Assembly (NCBI RefSeq): GCF_900232105.1
Contig: NZ_LT934425.1
Location: forward strand, 810,001 to 842,000
DNA from: Candidatus Kuenenia stuttgartensis
GTDB lineage: Bacteria > Planctomycetota > Brocadiia > Brocadiales > Brocadiaceae
Reading direction: 5' to 3'
Length of the DNA stretch: 32,000 bases
A program made the translations under genes and the position numbers. The notes beneath the pieces are model-generated. The model saw only the letters and a list, made by a program, of their open reading frames with translations. It did no database searches and was not told where the DNA came from. This document shows, one piece after another, positions 27,408 to 32,000 of the stretch (position 1 is the stretch's first letter; each line of letters begins with the position of its first letter).

Positions 27408-28458
27408 GTATGTAGGAGTAATAAAATTTCCTATTAACAGACTTCATATGGAACTAACAAATGTCTGTGACTTTTCCTGTGAATTTTGTCCTGATTCGAG
27501 GATGAAAAGAAAACGGGGTTTTATGGATGTTAAAATGGCGAAATCAATAATAGATGAAGTAAGTGTCGCAAATATGGTGAAATTATTGGTTTTTCATGTT
27601 ATGGGAGAACCTACCCTGCATCCACGTTTGGTGGAGATAGTTGGATATGCACATCAAAAAAACGTGGTTGTTTGTATTACAACACATGGTGCTAATCTGG
27701 GTGATGATTTGTTGAATGACTTAATAAAAGCAGGTGCAAAAAAGATAATCGTATCGCTTCAAACTCCTGACGAAAAGACCTTTTCAATGAGAGGCGTTAG
27801 CGGGTTGTCTTTTCAGGAGTATGCAGACAAAATAGCATCCATTGCAGGATCTTTTATTGATCAAAGACACGGAACAGAGCTAACTATTGGTTTCCTTTCT
27901 TCTCCTTTAAGGAAATTAATAATACCGATAGCAAAAGATTTATGTATTGCAGATACATCAAAAAAATTAAGAGCTTATTTGAAATTGTGGGCAGAGAAAA
28001 TATTGGTTAATTCTAAGATTGAATATCGTCTGCCTGACGTATTTAGACAGATTTCACGTGCAAAATGTTTTAAAGAAAATACAGTGATTATTAGCGATAA
28101 GATTTCTTTTCAAACTAGAATAGTTGGAGATTGGGCAACCCATTTTAACCAAAAAAATGTAAATGCAAGATTTGGATATTGCCCCGGAATGCAAGATAAC
28201 TTTGGCATACTTTGGAATGGGGATTATACCTTTTGCTGTACAGATTATGACGGTAAGACCTCGATGTATAATTATAACGACACCTCTATTAAAAATTATA
28301 TAAACAGTAAGCCAGTACAAGAAATAGTACGTGGGTTCAAAAGATATAGAGTTTTACATCCCCATTGCAGGCAATGTCTCGGCGATAGAAATATGCTCAA
28401 TTCGTTCGTAAAGCAGATAGGTTCAATTGTTTACTTTAAATGGATTAAAAGGAACTAA
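27400..28458 (+). CDS. Radical SAM protein with C-terminal SPASM-like cysteine region
   Basis: HMELTNVCDFSCEFCPDSRMKRKRGFMD (CxxxCxxC)...MGEPTLHPRLVEIV...YCPGMQDNFGILWNGDYTFCCTDYDG...HCRQCLG. Confidence 0.9.
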   Translation: MSEYVGVIKFPINRLHMELTNVCDFSCEFCPDSRMKRKRGFMDVKMAKSIIDEVSVANMVKLLVFHVMGEPTLHPRLVEIVGYAHQKNVVVCITTHGANLGDDLLNDLIKAGAKKIIVSLQTPDEKTFSMRGVSGLSFQEYADKIASIAGSFIDQRHGTELTIGFLSSPLRKLIIPIAKDLCIADTSKKLRAYLKLWAEKILVNSKIEYRLPDVFRQISRAKCFKENTVIISDKISFQTRIVGDWATHFNQKNVNARFGYCPGMQDNFGILWNGDYTFCCTDYDGKTSMYNYNDTSIKNYINSKPVQEIVRGFKRYRVLHPHCRQCLGDRNMLNSFVKQIGSIVYFKWIKRN

Positions 28459-28471
28459 AAAGGAGAACGAC

Positions 28472-29353
28472 ATGAAGCCCTTCAAAGTTATGGCCGTACT
28501 TATCTCAATATTTTTTGTTATAAACTTTAAGTTAGCAGTGGCGGAAACCATTACCAACGAGACAATTTTGACAATGGTTGAGGCGGGATTAGGAGAAGAA
28601 CTGATTAACAGTAAGATAAAAACTTCTCAAAATCAATTTGATGTCTCAACAGAAGGTATCTTGAAGTTAAAAAAAGAAGGGGTAAGTGAAAAAATTATTA
28701 AAACAATGATTGAGGTCTCCACAAAGTCGGATACCTTAGAACAGAAGACTATTTCAACCGTTAACCGTGCTGAATCCCCTTATTTGGTAGAAAAAGCGCC
28801 ACCTATTGAAAAAGAACAAAAAGAATTAAGTTCAACCGCTTCAAACACAAACCACAATGAGGACAACATTTATTACGCTCGTTGTAATCTGAAAGTGATA
28901 AAAGGCAATCATATTACCTGGGTTAACTGGCAATCCACTCCAACATTCATTCACGCGGGCACCAGGTTGAAAGTTACCAGAACGGGCAACACTGCATCCG
29001 TTGTAAATATTGAAACAGGCAGCAGCTACACCTTAGATATCGGCGCTGATGGGGAGGTATTCCTTGAAAAATTTGTTACGAAAAAACCGTTAGATATTAA
29101 CCAGTTCTCTGCCGATGTTCTGAACAATATAAAAAATACTGTAGCAAGAATTGGAATGACAAAAGAAGAGGTGTACACAGCGATGGGACCTCCTACCAAT
29201 ATCGGAAATGTCAGGTCTAACACAAAAACGTATGAAGATATCATGAGTGCTGATTTGTGGGTTTATGCAAGACGACGTTTTGGCAAAAACATTGGAGTTG
29301 AATTTGATGCGGGTACAGGAAGAGTAAACAGGACGGAAGGGATCTGGAAATAA
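28472..29353 (+). CDS. Exported protein of unknown function with N-terminal repeat-like helical region
   Basis: Signal peptide MKPFKVMAVLISIFFVINFKLAVAE; AGGAG RBS at the internal ATG. Confidence 0.75.
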   Translation: MKPFKVMAVLISIFFVINFKLAVAETITNETILTMVEAGLGEELINSKIKTSQNQFDVSTEGILKLKKEGVSEKIIKTMIEVSTKSDTLEQKTISTVNRAESPYLVEKAPPIEKEQKELSSTASNTNHNEDNIYYARCNLKVIKGNHITWVNWQSTPTFIHAGTRLKVTRTGNTASVVNIETGSSYTLDIGADGEVFLEKFVTKKPLDINQFSADVLNNIKNTVARIGMTKEEVYTAMGPPTNIGNVRSNTKTYEDIMSADLWVYARRRFGKNIGVEFDAGTGRVNRTEGIWK

Positions 29354-29421
29354 GTTTTGTTTATGTTTTTTTGATATTGTGGCTTTTCTGTTAATTTATT
29401 TATTTGGATAGGGAAGATTCA

Positions 29422-29988
29422 ATGAAATTGACTTATAAAAATGTAAGTAAAGGCGGTATTCTTATTTTTGTTTTATTAATTGGTCTATTATTTCAAGGAT
29501 GCGCAAGCTTAAAAGCAAATAGAGATATGGGAGTAAAGATTTCTAAGGCAGAAAATAAAATTATGGTATTCCCCTTTAGGAATCCATATTACAAAGGTGT
29601 GGAATTAGAAGGAATTGGTGATACTTTCGCAATTTCTGTTGTTGGCGAAATCCAGTCTACGGGGAGAACATGTGCGCTTGCTGAGAGTGATGCTTTCAAG
29701 GCAAATAAATCAGTCAAAGTTGATGATGCGTGCGCCTACGCTCACCAAAAAGGGGCAGGTATTGCCGTTATAGGTGTTGTTACCGAATGGCTTGACGGTG
29801 CTACACAATGGTCTGGTACCGTAGATGTGGCATCTGTTACTGTGAATGCTTATAATACAGAAAATTGTAACCTCATATCTTCTGCTTCTGGCAGGCAAAA
29901 CGGACAATGGTTTACCTTCGTAAACGCACCGGCAACAAGATTTATGCGTCCATTATCCCAAGAGATAGTGCAGGCTCTGTTTGAATGA
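29422..29988 (+). CDS. Putative lipoprotein of unknown function
   Basis: Lipobox-like LLFQGCASLKANRD after a hydrophobic segment. Confidence 0.75.
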   Translation: MKLTYKNVSKGGILIFVLLIGLLFQGCASLKANRDMGVKISKAENKIMVFPFRNPYYKGVELEGIGDTFAISVVGEIQSTGRTCALAESDAFKANKSVKVDDACAYAHQKGAGIAVIGVVTEWLDGATQWSGTVDVASVTVNAYNTENCNLISSASGRQNGQWFTFVNAPATRFMRPLSQEIVQALFE

Positions 29989-30212
29989 TTTTTTCGCTGT
30001 GGTTATCAAATTCCATTATTGAAAGTAAGATGGTACATGGTCTAAGACTTATGCAGAAACTCAGGGGGATTCAGGGGAGTTGTTTTAACCAAATAATCCT
30101 TAGCTTAATGACATTGAATTGCAAACTTGAACCCGCCATGAATACAATATTAATCACAATCAAGACGACTTTCATGGAGATTTAAAAAATTAAAGGCCGA
30201 CTTTGTAGAACC

Positions 30213-31556
30213 ATGAAAAAACTTTTATTGGTCTCTCCCCTTGCATCAAAAAGCTTTCTGGGAGGCGATTTTTACTTTCGCCTCCCGTATCTGGGACTTT
30301 TGAAGGTTGCTTCCCTTACTCCGTCCGATTGGGACGTTAGTATTATTGATGAAAAGGTTGAACCGCTCGATTTGACTCAAGATGCCGATCTTGTAGGTAT
30401 TACTGCCATGACGCCTGCCGTTAATCGCGCTTATGAAATAGCAGACAGTTTTCGGTTACGGGGAATAAAGGTCATTATGGGCGGCATGCATGTGTCGAAG
30501 ATGCCTGATGAGGCGTTGCAGCATTGTGACAGTGTGGTTATAGGTGAGGCAGAGCAGCTATGGGACAAAGCACTGGATGATTGTAAAAGGGACGAACTAA
30601 AAAGTATCTATCGGCATGGCAACGAATATCCTTCCCTTGCCAATTTCCCTGCACCAAATTGGAAATTATACGAAGGGAAAAGATACCTCCCTGTGCATTT
30701 CCTTGAAACGACCCGTGGATGTCCACACAACTGCGAATTTTGCTCTGTAACAAATTCATTCGGAGGTAAATTTCGAAACAGACCTGTTGATGAGGTTGAA
30801 AAGGAGATACAAAACCTGAAGCCTTTTGAGGGGATGTTTGTTCTTAAAAATGGGGTCTTTTTCGTAGACGATAACATAATAAGCAACAGGGTGCACGCAA
30901 AAGAGCTTTTAAAACGGATCATACCTTATAACCTCAAGTGGACAGGACAAGCATCTGTCAATATCGCAAAAAACGACGAAATCCTCGAACTCTGCAAAAA
31001 GAGCGGCTGTATGGGACTTATTGTAGGGTTTGAGTCGTTATCTCAGGGTAACCTTGCAAATATGGGAAAGACGTTCAATACACCCGATACGTATATCGAT
31101 GTGGTAAAAAAATTGCATGATTATGGTATAGGGGTCACCGGCGCCTTTGTTTTTGGCTTTGATCACGACGACGAAAGTGTCTTTGACAGAACTATTGAGT
31201 TTGTCATTAAGGCAAAGATTGATGTTTGTTATTTTTCAATTTTAACGCCGTATCCCGGCACGCGGGTTTATTCACAGATGCTGCATGAAGGAAGAATAAT
31301 AGACCGGGACTGGTCTAACTACAATACGAACCATGTCGTTTTTATGCCAAAATTGATGCGACCGGAAAAGCTCCTTGACGGTTTTCATCATGCCTTAAAA
31401 GAGAGTTTCTCTTATACTGCAATTTTTAAAAGACTCTGGGGCAACGGGACATACAAGAATTTCTTCTACCCCATGAACTTTGGTTTCAGGCAGACCGTTA
31501 GAAAAACAATACAAAACAAGCAGGATTTTTCCTATGAACAGGGTTCTGGTTCTTGA
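30213..31556 (+). CDS. B12-binding domain-containing radical SAM protein
   Basis: N-terminal cobalamin-binding-like region (GITAMTPAVNRAYEIADSFRLRGIKVIMGGMHVSKMPDEAL); radical SAM core TTRGCPHNCEFCSVTNSFGGKFRNRPVDEVEKEI. Confidence 0.93.
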   Translation: MKKLLLVSPLASKSFLGGDFYFRLPYLGLLKVASLTPSDWDVSIIDEKVEPLDLTQDADLVGITAMTPAVNRAYEIADSFRLRGIKVIMGGMHVSKMPDEALQHCDSVVIGEAEQLWDKALDDCKRDELKSIYRHGNEYPSLANFPAPNWKLYEGKRYLPVHFLETTRGCPHNCEFCSVTNSFGGKFRNRPVDEVEKEIQNLKPFEGMFVLKNGVFFVDDNIISNRVHAKELLKRIIPYNLKWTGQASVNIAKNDEILELCKKSGCMGLIVGFESLSQGNLANMGKTFNTPDTYIDVVKKLHDYGIGVTGAFVFGFDHDDESVFDRTIEFVIKAKIDVCYFSILTPYPGTRVYSQMLHEGRIIDRDWSNYNTNHVVFMPKLMRPEKLLDGFHHALKESFSYTAIFKRLWGNGTYKNFFYPMNFGFRQTVRKTIQNKQDFSYEQGSGS

Positions 31557-32000
31557 CGGAATGTGGAATAAGTCCCTTGCTGCCGTAAGGTCTTTTGGCA
31601 GGAAGGGATTTTATGTCACAGCAGGCGAAAGGACACGGCTTGCAACGGCAATTTTTTCTAAATACTGCAGCCGGAGATGGATCTATTCATCTCCGGTACT
31701 ATCCCAGGTTAATTTCCTTACTGACCTTGAAGCGGAACTGAAAGCGGGGAGGTACGATGTTATCTTTCCTATGGAATTTTCTACACAGGTTCTTTTAACT
31801 GAAGTTGCAAACAGGCAGATGATTGAAAAATATACAAGATTGCCTTTTGCCGATGCTGATCTTGCCAAAAAAGGGAATGATAAAGCATTTATTATGCAGT
31901 ATGCAAGAGAACGAGGGATTGGCGTCCCGACAACGTATATGGTAAATGATATTGAGCAGCTTGCGGTGATTGCAAAAGAAACTGCGTACCCTGTTCTTAT
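31534..32000 (+). CDS. ATP-grasp domain protein, N-terminal part (runs off window)
   Basis: Manual reading: MNRVLVLDGMWNKSLAAVRSFGRKGFYVTAGERRTRLATAIFSKYCSRRWIYSSP...LAKKGNDKAFIMQYARERGIGVPTTYMVNDIEQLAVIAKETAYPVLI; overlaps the end of the upstream radical SAM gene. Confidence 0.75.
   Translation, partial: MNRVLVLDGMWNKSLAAVRSFGRKGFYVTAGERTRLATAIFSKYCSRRWIYSSPVLSQVNFLTDLEAELKAGRYDVIFPMEFSTQVLLTEVANRQMIEKYTRLPFADADLAKKGNDKAFIMQYARERGIGVPTTYMVNDIEQLAVIAKETAYPVL

Noticed and set aside
29985-30185. 66-aa ORF between the lipoprotein and B12 radical SAM genes
   Set aside because: No domain, weak coding appearance; treated as intergenic.

Overview
32 kb bacterial chromosomal window, probably from a Gram-negative planctomycete/anammox-like lineage (inferred from gene content only). 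Core content: the start of bcsB plus bcsA; a hicB-hicA pair with frameshifted hicA; a glycosyltransferase gene split by a small hairpin element; a DHH-like phosphoesterase; a DUF123/GIY-YIG gene overlapping mutS; an Rpn-family PD-(D/E)XK protein; floA; an mlaE-F-D-C-A operon; purH; trpF; a DUF2905 gene; two consecutive cytidine-deaminase-fold genes; and a 25-32 kb block of an LpxL-like acyltransferase, LolA-like, TVP38/SNARE-like, radical SAM, exported/lipoprotein, B12-binding radical SAM and ATP-grasp genes. The most notable structure is a mobile element at 20583..25016. It has a perfect 28-bp terminal inverted repeat (GTAACACTTTAGTTCTTTGAAAAATTAA) and a perfect 8-bp target duplication (AAATTATC). 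It carries an IS66-family transposase translationally overlapped with a DruA/DUF4338-family gene; reading through one apparent +1 frameshift restores that gene's C-terminus. An IS1634/IS4-type element is nested inside, flanked by a 15-bp direct repeat. At least one 151-bp hairpin element (20308..20458) shares the same ends and a near-perfect 8-bp duplication, and three related copies plus a solo end are scattered through the window, which suggests a MITE family mobilised by the IS66-like element. In one copy the central loop is inverted relative to its arms.
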